This document shows, one piece after another, positions 1 through 13,043 of a stretch of DNA of 64,000 bases. The notes under the pieces are model-generated. The model ran no database searches. It saw only the letters and a list, made by a program, of their open reading frames with translations, and had not been told where the DNA came from. The position numbers and the translations under genes were made by a program. The stretch is from Lobosporangium transversale (taxonomy: Eukaryota). Positions within the stretch are counted from its first letter, which is position 1. Each line of letters opens with the position of its first letter. The stretch lies in NCBI RefSeq assembly GCF_002105155.1, contig NW_019028979.1, positions 558,001 to 622,000 of the forward strand, given 5' to 3'.

Positions 1-479
1 CACATGAAAACGATGCAACCATCTCATAATCTGAGATAAAGGCATAGGCAAGTAGCGAAGATCAGGCCACTACAAAGTCTGCTAAATATTGAGTTGTAAA
101 ATGAACCTAACAAGGTCATAGCCATCAAAGAAGATGCGATGCTGCTGTGATATCTGAGTAACTGAGAGATGGCGAGTCTTATTAGCCTATTATGATGACA
201 ATTGACCATCGATCTGAAAAACAGAACAGAATGTCCATCTCTGTTTTGACAACCACTGCACACTTCTCCTGTTGCTTTTTTTTATGAATGAAACAGTGGA
301 TGTAGATTTTCTGATCCCGTGCAATTAACCTTTCAAAATGAAAAACTATGACTGTGGAAATTTTTTTTCCTTATTGTAAATAGGGAGTTTATCTAGCGTT
401 CCTCCCCACGTAACTTTTTCCAACAATCGGTTCTTCGTTTTTTCATCAAGCCTCCATCAAAGCCTCCCGATGAATAGAA

Positions 480-2060
480 ATGTCCTCCGCCACTGACCAT
501 ATCAATACCGATCCTTCCAGGACTTCCTCACCACCTACAACAGATGACACAGCCCGCAATGCAATCCCAGAAGTAGTGGATCCGGTCGATCCACCCGTGA
601 CAGCGATTCAAGAGCCTCCTAGTAATGCCTCATCACCACCCGCCAACTCCCATAATGAGTTTTCCAGCACTGTGTCAGAGGATGTCAAAGCCCTGACTGA
701 GGCCCTTACAACACCGATTCGTGAGCAGATCGAAGCACATGAGCAAGCCGCAGCAGCAGTCGTTGCAGCTGTAGGTGCATCTGTAACTGCTGAATCTCAT
801 GCAGATCAGACTGCGCAGCCAGAGTCGACCGCCGCTCCCACAGTAGCTCCTTCTACCCAAGCCTTTGATGTCAGTAATATTGAAAGCCTTTCACCAACTA
901 CTCAGGACGAGATTGTAAAGAATCAAGCTGCAAAGACATTGCAATTGATTGCCTTGTCTTTTAGTAACCAGGTTTCGCAAACCTCAGAGAGCGCCAGCAC
1001 TGCATCAGGGTCTGCAACAGACGATGGAAAAGCAGCCTCAGCTATGGATCCTGCTTTGGTCAGTCTTGAACAAGTCCTGAGAGAGCATGCAGCCGCAAGC
1101 GCTAGAGAAGCGCCATCAGGAGTCAATGCAGCATCCTCTTCCTCTGCGAACTCAAACTCAAAGCTAGAAGACGAAACAAACGCACTTGCACAGGCTGTTC
1201 TTAAGGCTATGCAAGCTGATGCTCTCAAGTCAAGTCAAGTCAATCTGGAGACTGACTCTTCTTCTGCATCCCTGCAAAGTGGTGCTCATCAAAATGTTAT
1301 TGACCAAAGCGAGCTGCACAGAGTTAAGCTCGAAACTGTACCCACGGGCGAAAGTAGCTCTGCAACCTCAACTTCCACATCAAATCCTAGTCGTGAGTTA
1401 TTTTTCGAGCAGGACATGGCTACAGGCAAGACTCAAGTCAAATGGATTACAGATTCAAAAACCGAGCCAAAGGAGCATGTCAATAGTGTTCTAGAAGACG
1501 CAACTGTTATCCAGTTAGCACTCCAGACGTTGATGGCGAGCACTGGTATCACAGGACTCTCAGAACTGAATGTTGCAAGTGGCGGACTATTGGCGCCACC
1601 TGTTGGTCATTTTCCTGCGCAAGGTTCAGATTTCGGATCAAGCCAGGATCCTGCAGCCCCGGAGTCACGTACAGATACAGAAGCAACAGCACCACCTCGT
1701 AAAAAGCGTAAGACGGGGGGTTCTAGCAAGCAGAACACTGCCGCATCTATTCCAGAAGGGTCACCTTCATTCCCATGTACATTTCCAGGATGTGAGAAAG
1801 TGTTTGCAAGGCTTTATAATCTCAAATCTCATTCCAGAACTCATACGGACGAGCGACCCTTTGTATGCAGTAGCTGCAAATTAGCATTTTCACGGAACCA
1901 TGATCTAAGAAGGCATGTCAAGATCCACATAGGTGATAAAGTTTTCAAGTGCGATGGCTGCGGCAAATCATTTTCTCGCCTGGATGCACTTGGTCGTCAT
2001 CGAAACAACGCCAAGAATCGGCCAGGTTGTCAGACAGTGGTAGAAACCCCATCTTCATAA
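480..2060 (+). CDS. C2H2 zinc-finger transcription factor (three C-terminal fingers, Crz1-like finger sequence)
   Basis: 526-aa ORF with a low-complexity N-terminus, basic NLS PPRKKRK, and fingers CTFPGC..HSRTH, CSSC..HVKIH and CDGC..H linked by TDERPF. Confidence 0.9.
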   Translation: MSSATDHINTDPSRTSSPPTTDDTARNAIPEVVDPVDPPVTAIQEPPSNASSPPANSHNEFSSTVSEDVKALTEALTTPIREQIEAHEQAAAAVVAAVGASVTAESHADQTAQPESTAAPTVAPSTQAFDVSNIESLSPTTQDEIVKNQAAKTLQLIALSFSNQVSQTSESASTASGSATDDGKAASAMDPALVSLEQVLREHAAASAREAPSGVNAASSSSANSNSKLEDETNALAQAVLKAMQADALKSSQVNLETDSSSASLQSGAHQNVIDQSELHRVKLETVPTGESSSATSTSTSNPSRELFFEQDMATGKTQVKWITDSKTEPKEHVNSVLEDATVIQLALQTLMASTGITGLSELNVASGGLLAPPVGHFPAQGSDFGSSQDPAAPESRTDTEATAPPRKKRKTGGSSKQNTAASIPEGSPSFPCTFPGCEKVFARLYNLKSHSRTHTDERPFVCSSCKLAFSRNHDLRRHVKIHIGDKVFKCDGCGKSFSRLDALGRHRNNAKNRPGCQTVVETPSS

Positions 2061-2594
2061 AATTTTCTGTATTTGCGTCAACAAAATAAAGAAAACATGT
2101 TGCCTTATCGCTTTCATAGTTGTTTCGAAACAATAATTCGCTAAAAGCTGGTTACATCATGTAAATAAGCTGGTACTATGAGATCCAGAATGATGGTAAC
2201 ACTGAAAAGAGGTTTGTCCTTAATTTTGGATATGAATGTATGTGAAATGTGGAGTAAAAGAAGTAGAATATTGGACATGGTTATTAAAAAGAAAAGGAAT
2301 TCGTAAGCATCTCTGGAAAAAATGTACTGTATGCTCACGACACTTGTACACGAAGAAGAAAAAAAAAAAAGAGTTAATGACCAGTTAAAACATTGGTCTT
2401 TAAAATAAATGGAAGAAGAGATGAAATTTATTTTTTTGCTATTCTACAATGATAATCATAATAATAAGAGTAACAGTAATAAGTATTAAATGCTGGAAAG
2501 ATCGAGTTATTCTAATGAGATAATGAATAATGAGGAAGATGAAGCGGCATGAAGACTTGTCGTTGACACGATATGAATCCTGCAATATATATAT

Positions 2595-3179
2595 TTACTT
2601 CTTGTCCAATAGATCCTTGGCCTCGTTGATCTTTGAAGCCAAAAACGGTGAACCTCCACGATCAGGATGATTAAGCAACATGATCCGGCGATGAGCCTCC
2701 TTTAACTTTGACGAATTAAGTCCACTCTCTCTAAAAAAAAAAAGAGAAAAGAGAAAGAGTGAGTAAAAAAAAAGAAGCTAGGCGACTAAAGAATAGAAGT
2801 ATTTCTCCCCAAACTTTTAATTTGACAAGACTTACTTGAGTCCAAGGATCAATGCAGCTTCACGCCTATCCATCTTTGCCTCGAACCCTCCTTTGTAATA
2901 CTTCCCAGCGCCAATAGTATCAGGCCGAGGAATGGCAGCCATGATTCTAGTACCATGCAACTGCCAAGCACGCATAGCAACCTTTGTGCCATAAGCAGCA
3001 CCTGCGATTCCGATACCGATAAAAAGGGGCGTGGTCTAACAAAAAAGTATAAAGAAAGAAAGAATTAGAATCAGTGAGCCTGCAAGCAAATCAGTTCAGG
3101 GTTCAATATTCATCCATTTATTCACCTCAGTTTTATTTTTCATTCTCTAAATACATGTAGTAATAATGATTCTTACCAT
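2595..3179 (-). CDS. PAM18: Mitochondrial import motor J-domain subunit Pam18/Tim14, 3 exons (first coding exon is ATG only)
   Basis: Manual translation: [22 protein letters not shown] / [37 protein letters not shown] with the HPD motif. ATG at 3179-3177 is followed by a GTAAGA donor; stop at 2597-2595. Confidence 0.93.
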
Positions 3180-3365
3180 GCTGTGTGTCGTAAATGAAGT
3201 TCGAAAAGCAAAGGAGTGGAGCGATGGAACTAAAAAAGAAAAAATAAGGTCGATATACGTCATAGAATATATTTCATCGTAAAGAAATCCGAGAAGGAAA
3301 CATTTAGTGAGCATCACAATTCCAAATTTGTTTGCTCCTTCTCTTATTTTTTGCAGATAACAAAG

Positions 3366-4986
3366 ATGGTACTTAAAAATGCTTAATATATTAAGCTGTG
3401 AGTAGATTAAAGACAGCAACTCTATCGATCCATCAAAGAACAATCAATCAATCCATCTATCCACCCTCTTGTCAATACATTCCTATTACCTAACCAGGAT
3501 TTTATCATGACACCGTTAAGAAAAAAAAAAATATAATAATCTGACGATCGACCAATAGGCCAATGTCAGGACAGACTGATCGAATGAGAAAATTTAATTT
3601 TACAACAAAATCATTTCTGGATATCATCTTCATACGCGCCATTGTGAGATGAGCTTTCCTTGAAGCGTCACCAATCAGATTTGATCTCATCACCTTTACT
3701 CACATAATATTGAAAGTGCAAAGAAAACAAGAAGCGCATGTGGGCATGGATAGAGAGGAACAGAGAACCCAATTGGTCTAACTCCTTTGCTGGCTCTGCC
3801 GATGGATTTTTCCCCTCATTCTTTAGCCTTTCGTCAAGCTCGTCAAGAACAAGGCTTACTACAAGCGTTTCCAGGTCAAGTACCGCAGACGCAGAGGTAA
3901 ATATAATAAAATCAAAGTGGGGGGGGGGGGTGTGTTTTTGTGCCGTGATACTTTCGTGTTGTCGTGATCCTGATGATTCCATAGTTCACCCGACGGGAAC
4001 TGGGTTGGCGCCCGGCCCTTATGGGGAACAATCTATCTTTCGCTCCTATCTGATAATTCGACAAACATAAGTTATTTGACAATTTTTTTTTTCTTCACCA
4101 GTGTTCTCTTGAAAACTAACCATGTTAATGGCTTTGATCAAATAACAAACAAACGATAGAGGGCAAGACTGACTACTACGCTCGTAAGCGTTTGGTTGTC
4201 CAGGCTAAGAACAAGTACAACTCCCCCAAGTACCGCCTTGTTGTCCGCTTCACCAACGCTGACATTGTTTGCCAGGTCGTCTATGCCAAGCTTCAGGGTG
4301 ACTTTGTTCTTGCCTCTGCTTATTCTCACGAGCTCCCCAAGTACGGTGTCAAGGGTGGTTTGACCAACTGGGCTGCCGCCTACTGCACTGGTCTTCTTGT
4401 TGCCCGCCGTGTCTTGACCAAGCTCGGTCTTGCTGACAAGTACGAGGGTGTCACTGAGCCCGATGGTACCATCTCGATGACCGAGGCTATTGAGGATGCT
4501 CCTCGTCCCTTCAAGTGCTTCTTGGATGTCGGTCTCAAGCGTACCTCGACTGGTTCCCGTGTCTTTGCTGCCATGAAGGGAGCCTCCGATGGTGGTATCT
4601 TCATCCCCCACGGTGAGAACCGCTTCCCTGGTTTCGATGCCGAATCCAAGGAGCTTGATGCTGATGTTCTTCGTTCGTACATCTATGGTGGTCACGTTGC
4701 TGACTACATGCGTTACCTTGAGGAGGATGACGATGAGAAGTACAAGAAGCAGTTCTCAAAGTTCATCGCTGCTGGTGTTGAGCCCGATGATCTTGAGGAC
4801 ATGTATGCTGATGCTCACAAGGCCATCCGTGAGGATCCCACTCACGTCCCTACCGAGAAGAAGAAGCCTGCTCCTGGCGAGAAGGTCAAGAACAACAAGA
4901 AGGAGCGCCTCAACTACAAGCAGAAGAAGAACAAGATCCAACAGAAGCTCAAGGCCTTCAATGCCAAGAACGGTATCTCTGCTTAA
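3366..4986 (+). CDS. RPL5: 60S ribosomal protein L5 (uL18); exons ~3366-3368, 3827-3896, 4160-4986
   Basis: Exon 2 reads [23 protein letters not shown] and exon 3 reads [30 protein letters not shown]...; strong codon bias. The ATG-only first exon (ATGgtactt at 3366) is inferred. Confidence 0.96.
3966..4056 (+). ncRNA. snR60: Intronic box C/D snoRNA, snR60/SNORD80(Z15)-like, with two guides for LSU rRNA 2'-O-methylation
   Basis: In RPL5 intron 2: C box TGATGA 3971-3976; guide CATAGTTCAC then D' CCGA 3990-3993, complementary to LSU GUGAACUAUG; guide TCTTTCGCTCCTAT then D box CTGA 4050-4053, complementary to LSU AUAGGGGCGAAAGA with one G-U. The +5 rule gives yeast-equivalent Am817 and Gm908. 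Confidence 0.85.
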
Positions 4987-5284
4987 ATGCGAATCTTATG
5001 GTAGTCTTTGTTATGAATCAATCTCTGATTTTCATTGCATTGTCAGTCCAGCTTCAAATAAAAGATTTAAAAAAAAACCTCCATCTAAATATATTCTTTT
5101 GCGTCGCAAACGAACAAATGGAAAACGGAAAATGTTTTGAATTCTGTTGTATTGCCGTTACTTGTTTGCTACTACGTGCATCAAAAGAGGGATATGGGAG
5201 AGAGAAGACAAGAAATGAAAGGTCGAGAAGTAAGATCTATGTGGCATTTATTGGTCGTACGAGGCATTGAGGGCAAAGCGTTAT

Positions 5285-6346
5285 TTAAAAGAGAGCATCT
5301 CCATAGGGAAGCTCCGAAGTTTTTCCAAGGACGACAGTGGTGGGCTTGCTGCTCAACAGCTTGGCGGCAAACTATAATAAAAAGAACAAGATTAATAACA
5401 GTGATAAAAAGATAAAGGGCAAAGACTTCTTTGTAAGAAACCAGTCAACTTACCTTCGAGACATCACCAGCCTGAACCTTGTCAAAAGCATCCAAGGCGT
5501 CGATAGTAGTGATCTTATGGTCCTGGAAAGCTTGGGCACCAAGGATCTCGTTTGTAGAGGCACGGCTTTCGAAACGAGAGGCCGTCTCAAACTTGGCCTG
5601 AGCCAAAGCGCGCTTGAACTCTTCAGCAGTAATAGACTTGGAAGCAGCCTTCAAGGAGGAAATGGCAGCCTTGGCAGCCTCACTCACAGAGCTATGCTCA
5701 GCTTGGGCGTAGACACCAAAAAGACCAGCATCCGAGTAGCCAAAGTTGAAGGCAGAAATTTGAGCACCGTGGCCGATCTGGGAAGCAGCAGCGGCGAGAG
5801 GCGAGACACCGGCAGTTGACCACTTGACAAAGCGGTCACCACCAAGCAATGAGCGCAAGACCTGAGCGGTATAGAACTCGGAGGTACCAGCGGCAGCGCC
5901 CTGGAAGGCAATTGCAATGTGTGCAATGGAGCTGTTGTGGGGAACACGGATCTCACCACCATAGTACTTGGTGGTCTCAATGTTGGTAGCTGAACCAGAA
6001 GCGACATTGGCAAATGCAGAGGCAGCCAAGCCCTTGAGCTCTTCCTCACTGATACCGGTGGCAACGAGGGCAAGCTTGTTAGCAACAAAGTTGTCGGCAG
6101 CAAACTTCTTCAGATCAGAGGAAGTGATATCAGAGTAAGGAGCAGCAAAGATGGGGTTGCCGAGACCGTTGCGGAAAGCGGCATTATGAATAGCTTCAAC
6201 AACAGCAACCTCTGGCGAACTTTCTGCAACAGAGCATTCGGCGGCAATTTCTTTGGCAACAGCATGGAGCTCATGGTCAGTGTATTTTGTCTGGGCGACC
6301 AAATCACCGAAAACCTCAACAAAATATGGGCTATTGAATCGGGAGG

Positions 6347-6379
<33 letters not shown>

Positions 6380-7308
6380 TCTGCCATGTATTATGTCGAT
6401 AAAAGCGTCAATTCTGCGATTATAGGGTCACATTAGTGTACTTACACATCCTCCTTCAAGCATTCAGCAGTAAAAGAAATATTCTCACGGCCGAGGTTGG
6501 AAGAAAGAACACCTCCGACGAGTTCAGTCTCACGAGTAATACGGAAAGCAGAGCGCTTACCAGTGTTCTATATGAGCCATTCAAATTTTTCATCGTTAGC
6601 TACCCTGTTCGACAATTAATGCCATGAACATCCCAAAAAAAAAAATCGCTCAAGTCTTGTAGTCTTGTTGAGAATAATGTGCCCATTATGGTTTAGCATC
6701 CATATTGACAAGAAAACATAGCTCGAAACAGGCAATGTCGTTTTGTATCCATTGCTCCTCGACTTCCAATGATCACATAATATCCTGTATATCGAAATTT
6801 CAAAGGCTGATAGAATGTAGTTATTACTGATACTTGATGCTGCAGCACCATCAATTAGATCCTGGATGTATATTCCGAAGCATCAATACTAAAAAAAGAA
6901 AAAGACGCGTTTCCAACGGTCTCTAATCTTAGCAATTGAGCAGTTCCTGATGCAGTTATTGTAAACGCGGCATGGTTATCGCTCGAAAACAAATAGTCGT
7001 TTTGAATATGGATATTGAAAGATGGACAATAATTGTCACAATGGCTGTAGAGGGCATTGGTGAGAACAAGGTCCAGCTAATACCTTGAAGCCAAAGTTCT
7101 TGGCAAAGTGGGCGATACCGGACTTGCCCTTGGGCTCGAAGCGGGCTCCAGCGTTGATGACCAAGGAAACGGAAGCAGTGGGTGAGCTTTCATCGAGGGC
7201 AGCAACCTTGACACCGTTACTAGTCTTGGAAATGGCGGTAGCATAACCAGCTTTGAGGAGAGTAGGGACCAAGTTGATGGTCTTGCGAGCTGAGGAAATG
7301 GACAACAT
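5285..7308 (-). CDS. QCR2: Cytochrome bc1 complex core subunit 2 (peptidase M16 family), 4 exons
   Basis: Mitochondrial presequence, then NGVKVA..VINAGARFE..GIAHFAKNFGFK / NTGKRSAFRITRETELVGG / ..FNFGYSDAGLFGVY.. / FAAKLLSSKPTTVVLG..LPYGDALF*; lacks the HXXEH zinc motif, as expected for core 2. Confidence 0.9.
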
Positions 7309-8193
7309 TATGTTTCTAGTTTGGATTGATTATTATTATACAGAAGTTGATATGAGATAGGGGAACAACTTAGTCAAAGAGCACGCGTTGTGGAGGGAAT
7401 GAAAGTTGAACACGCCACGCTCCGAATATTTGCATGGGCAATAGGCGAGTTGTGAAAAAATGACACTGCCATGGTCTCGTTAATAAAATATGAGTTTGTT
7501 CTTCTCCGTCCCGTCTTTGCTTATGAATAATTCATTTTTTTTGCGATAATAGTCTAAAACATAGCCTCCATTCACTCTTGCGATAGTGTAGGCTCGAAAA
7601 AAAAGAAAGAAAGAAAAAAAGAAAGAAACTAAAGAGAAAGCGACTCAATAACAATAATAAAAAAATAAAAAAAAAACCATGTTATGATTAATCCAATTAA
7701 TCACAAGAATAATTAATGAGTCCGGAAAGGTGAGAGTGTTCTAATCCATCCGAATGACGTGAGTAAATGTGATTTTGTTGCTGCTCGAAGCGAGGATATG
7801 ATTAAGAGCATTACCGTTGTGCAAAAAAAAGTAAAAGACGGAAGGGGACAATGGATGGCAAGGAGAAAGAGGAAGGAGGATAGAGAGAAATTTGATTTTC
7901 GTGATCGAGCAGATCGGAGGACCACAATCTCCGAGCAATCTTTCTCTCTCACTGTGCACGAAGGAAGTTCGGACCAAAAAAAAAATTAAAAAAGTCTACG
8001 TCAATTTCATTTAAATCCTATAATTCGCTATATCCTATAAGTACTTATTTTCGGTGCTGTTGCCTCTTTTGGTGGCAAGAAGACACGATTTCATATTCTT
8101 TCTATTCCTTCACATTAAACGATCGCTGTTTATTCTTTCCTTTCACCTTCCTTGCCCTCAATTGCATTATAACAAAAAGTCTGCCGATCCACC

Positions 8194-9629
8194 ATGTTGA
8201 AGAATCTGATCCGATCCAACGGTATGCACTTGGTTACAGATCTCTTTTAGTCCAGTGACGAACTCCTCTTTCCTATCTCCTACAACTACTCTTTGGAACA
8301 TAAACATAACAAGCAAAAAAACAAAAAAAAAATAAAATAACAGTTCGTAACGATTCATGTCCCTTTCACATATTTATTGATCATAAGCTTTCAACAGGGT
8401 TGCAACCGAAGCTCGCTCAATTGGCGTTAGGGCCGCAGGGCCTGTTAGACCAATTACAACGCGTATGCAGCTTCCCGTGAACTGCAATGTCCGATATTAT
8501 AGTAACATTAAGTCAGAGGGCGCCCGGGCTCAAAGTACAAGTGCTGCAGGAGTAAGTTTATACAATAGAAATGTTGGAATTAAGACGTAAGCTAACTTTT
8601 ACTTCTCTTAAGGCAGACACTATTTCATTTCTTTTTTTTTTTTTTTTTTTTTTTCATTTTCTAATGCTTACAGGCGTATATCAATCTTCATTTATCAACT
8701 TTGATAGGCATTGAACTGGAAGACTCTTGCTGTTTTTACTGCAACTGGCGCTGGCTTGCTCTATTACTTCCGTGAAGAAAAGAAGCGCGTCGAAGCTGCT
8801 CGAGGTAAGCAATAGCATCAAACAACAGGAACAAAAAAAAAAAAGGTTAGTTAAATGTTAATATGTTTGAAAGGGAGAATAAACAGGAGCTTACAATATT
8901 TTCAATTCATCCTTAAACCTCCAAAGCTAAGGAGGCACGACTTGCTAGGGAAAACACTACATACGGGAAACCAAAGATCGGTGGACCCTTCTCATTGATT
9001 GATCAGAATGGAGTCCTTACCACAAACGAAGATTTCAAGGGACGTTATATGCTCATCTACTTTGGCTTCACAAACTGCCCTGACATCTGCCCGGAGGAGC
9101 TCGATAAGATGGCAGAAGTCTTGGATACTGTCAGTATGTTGCAAAGACATAAAAAAGGTCTATCTATATCATATTCATATATAAACATCCATTCTTATTT
9201 GCTATGTTTCTTGTTTACTTAAAATGCATAGACTCTGACCCAAAGATCGGCAATGTGATTACTCCCATCTTCATCACCTGCGACCCTCAGCGTGATACAG
9301 TCTCGGAGGTAAAGAATTATGTCAAGGAATTCCATAAAGATTTGATTGGATTGACTGGATCAATGGAGGAAATCGCCAAGGTGGCAAAGGCATATCGTGT
9401 TTATTTCTCTAAGCCTCCCAAGGTAGCAGAAGGTGAAGATTATTTGGTGGATCATTCTATCTTCTTCTACTTGATGTCACCAGAGGGTGAGTTTGTGGAC
9501 TGTTATGCAAAGGATCACACAGCGGAACACGTTTCTGAAAGTGTGAAGAATCATATCCAAGATTACATCAACAAAGGTGGTAAAGTCTCCAAGGAACTTG
9601 CTTCACGTCGATCGCAGTCGTCATCTTGA
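8194..9629 (+). CDS. SCO1: Cytochrome c oxidase copper chaperone Sco1/Sco2, ~5 exons
   Basis: Presequence MLKNLIRSN.., TM segment WKTLAVFTATGAGLLYYF, KPKIGGPFSL, YFGFTNCPDICPEEL (CxxxC), DYLVDHSIFFYLM. Confidence 0.93.
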
Positions 9630-9743
9630 GCACTTTCCTTTCTTTCTTTCTTTCTTTTTTCTTTCTGTCCTTTTATCATTCCTTCATATTAGAGCAGCAC
9701 GATAAACTACATACATTAAGGAATTCTATCTGATCATTCTGAC

Positions 9744-9777
<34 letters not shown>

Positions 9778-10046
9778 GTTGTATGGTATTTGTGTCTCTT
9801 TGATTATAATTTTGTGTTCTAGAAATACAACAGGAAATGGCCTCTCAAAATTCAAATAATTGATTTTAGCATAAAACAACAATAATAGTACCAAAGGCGA
9901 TAGAGAAAAACAAAAAAGCCAAAAATGAATTGCAATAAGTGAAGCAGAAAGAAAAAAAAAAATCTATGAAGGATCAAAGGACTAGGATATCAAAATGCAA
10001 GGTCTAGAATGATGTACAGTAGTTATGATGACAAGGGAGAGCTATT

Positions 10047-13043
10047 TCACCACATGAAGCCATCCTTGGAGTACGTCGAGTCGGAGGGTTCGAACGTCAT
10101 TGACTCCTGCGACCCAAGCAAGAGCATATCCAGATCATCCTGTGAGAGAGATTGGTGATGGAGGGTAGAATCCATCTCTCCTTCGGTTGAAAAGTTTGAA
10201 TCGAAATTGAATGTTGTCTGCTGTTGCTGTTGCTGTTGCTGTTGCGATTGCTGTTGATGGAGGTTCATTTCATTTCCTGTCATTGTTGGAGGAGGGAACG
10301 CTAAGAATCCTACGTGCGGAAATGGGCAATAAAAAAAATATGAGCTATAGATACAGCCACTGGTGAGAAATACGCCATTGCTTTACAAACAAAGTACAGA
10401 CGTCTTACCATCCTTAACTTGATTGATATTTGAAGAATCCGTTCCATCGCCAGTGATTGTCAATGATGGGTTCATCAGTGGTTGGAAGCCAAACATATTG
10501 CTCTGTTGCTGGTCCGAGAACCCATTGGGGTTCGAGTCCGACATGATGGATTCGTCATCACCTCCTTGCATTGCAAGAAGTCCAGGAGCAGCCAAAAACT
10601 CGTTACAGAGCGCAACATCATCAGAACTCATGAATTGATCGGCCTCTTCAGCCTTGCCTGCCCCGGTTAGCATTACGTCATTTTGACGATTCTCCTGATC
10701 CACCATAAAATCAGAGTTATCCGTAGTGTAGGATTCAGGACTATAACTGCTTCTTAAGCTATTGTTTCCTGTTGGGCTGGTGTGGGTTGAAGATGATGGT
10801 ACATTGGCAGATAAAGTAGAGGTACCATTAGTGGGTGTAGCTTGCTGATGGTTGTGGGCATTACTGTGATTGTTATTATTGTTGTTGCTATTGTTGTGCG
10901 AGTGAGCCAAAGTTGAATGTATTTGAACATCGGATGAAAGGTAAGAGGAACCGAGCATGGAAGACATTCCTGGGGGACCTGTAATAATTGGCGCTGAACC
11001 TGAATCACGCACACCAGATAAAGCTGTGTTTTTAGTGGGAGTATCCATGCTTGATGAGGGTGGTGCAGGGGAAACAATCGCTCCTACATCGCTATTAACA
11101 TTATTAACGGCAACACTGGTATTGCTTGTAAGTCCAGGTGATGGCAAAGGGGCCGAGTAAGGAGTATAGCGATGTCCAGATGGCGATGTCGGATGCAAAG
11201 CATGAGAATGAATTGGGGGTGAGCCTATGTGCAGGTTCCCTAACGTGCGGTGAAGCGAGGGCCCTGGAGAATGGATAGGAACAGGAGTCGAGGATGGACC
11301 ACCATTTGATCGGGAAAGACTTGCATTGCGATTTGCTCGAATCAACTCGATCTCAGCCTGCAAGCGCTTAATCAAATCAGCCTTCTTACCTCCACCGTGT
11401 TTACCTCGTTGTCTTAGCATTTCCTTAAGCTCCGCCACAGTGACATCTTCAAAGTTGACCCGCTCCATTGCAGCATCTAGCTGCCTCTGCTGTTCCTCTG
11501 TTCGTGCCTGAGAACTAGAGTTTCGTGGGATGATTCGATCGATTTGGATGGGTGCTGGTGAAGAAACTGAAGTGGAGAGCAAAGCCGGACTGGTCAACGG
11601 TCCCAGCTCCGAACCAGGCGTGATGTTAGGTGGTAATATAATCCGTTTTGTTTGAGAATCCAATCCAAGGTTAGGCGGTATAAGGGAACTCGACTTGGAT
11701 GATGACAGTGCAGGTCGTTGTTGGTTTGTGCCTGTGGCCCCTGTAGTTGTGCCAGAGCCTGTAGAGGCAGCAGCAGCTCTGCGCTCTGCCAACGTCATAG
11801 TAGGCGTATTATCGCATGCTGGTGTGTCTGCATGCGACTCTGTGACAGTGATGGGGATAGGGCCACCACCGCTGCTGAGATTACTGTTACTAATTGTAGA
11901 GTTATCTGCAGAGACATTCTTGCTGGCCTTTTTCTTGACAGAAGGTGTCTTCGCACCTATGTTAAGATGCTGCAATGCGTTTTCTGATTTCAAATCCAGA
12001 GATGTGCGATTGCCCTTCGGAAGACTTTGACCAAAAAGCGCCTTAATGCCGCCTTGTGAGACTCGTGCGCCTGCGGTAGAGGGCCGTGGTCTGGACTTTA
12101 TTTTGGAGGATCCTCCTGGGGACGCAGCTGGGCCAGGTGAGACTTGTCGGGATGAAAAGTAATCGTCGCCAGCATAGTTACCTGGAGATAAAGGAGAGTT
12201 GGCTGGCGAATGTCCAGTTGGGAACTGGCTCAATCCTGATACATATGGATGTGACATGTATGGTGGGTGATGGTGATACGTCATACTAGGCCCTGGGCTT
12301 TGTGGTAGTTGTGTTTGACTAGCTATTTCCAGCTGCATTCGAAGAAGTTGTTGCTGTTGCAATTGATAGAGTTGCTGCTGGCGAATATGTTGTTGCTGTA
12401 GCTCTTGCTGTTGTTGTTGAGTGAGTTGCTGCTGCGGTTGTTGTTGTAGTCCTACACCGTCTGTATGCAGCTCTCGCTTTTGCTGCCGCTCTGCTCGCTC
12501 CAAGAAAGAAGGATTAGGCATGCTAAAGTGGTTGCGGCTGCCCGAGCCCCAGTTTTCTTCATTACTGTTGCCGTGCAAGAGCTGTTCCATGTCTGTGTTG
12601 GCGATGTTACTCATGCCCTCTGCAGCACTGAAAGATTGCCATTCATTTGAGTTAATTCCATTAGACATTGTCTTATGTCCTGAAATAATGGACAGACCCG
12701 TGGGGGTCATGTTGACAGTTTGGTTGCTCATTCTTTCGACCAAAGCAGGGTCTGTTGGAGCAGAGGTAGAAAGCACTTGATTTACTGGCCAAAGATTGTC
12801 AACGGATTGGTCCTGTTGTTGCTGTTGCTGTTGCTGCTGTTGTTGTGCCGAGAGAATGAATTGCTGTTGCTGTTGTTGTTGCTGTTGGTACTGTGGTGTT
12901 GGAAGGTATTGTTGGTTCTGCGAAGGATAACTAATGGGATTTGTATTTGTGGCTGTAGTGCTGTTATCCTGTTGAATCTGCTCTGTGGTCAAGGCTTGTG
13001 TCAACAAGCTGTTAGTGGACAGATTTTGTGGAGAAAAGTGCAT
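10047..13043 (-). CDS. Q/S/N-rich low-complexity nuclear protein with a SAP DNA-binding domain (at least 2 exons)
   Basis: 886-aa ORF plus a terminal exon after an intron at ~10311-10403; SAP motif FEDVTVAELKEMLRQRGKHGGGKKADLIKRLQ; polyQ tracts. Confidence 0.75.

Noticed and set aside
3500..3720. Possible second snoRNA in RPL5 intron 1 (CTGA boxes, ACA)
   Set aside because: No good C box and no rRNA-complementary guide that I could recognise.
4138..6103. Long antisense and alternative-frame ORFs over RPL5 and QCR2
   Set aside because: Shadow ORFs caused by the strong codon bias of highly expressed genes.
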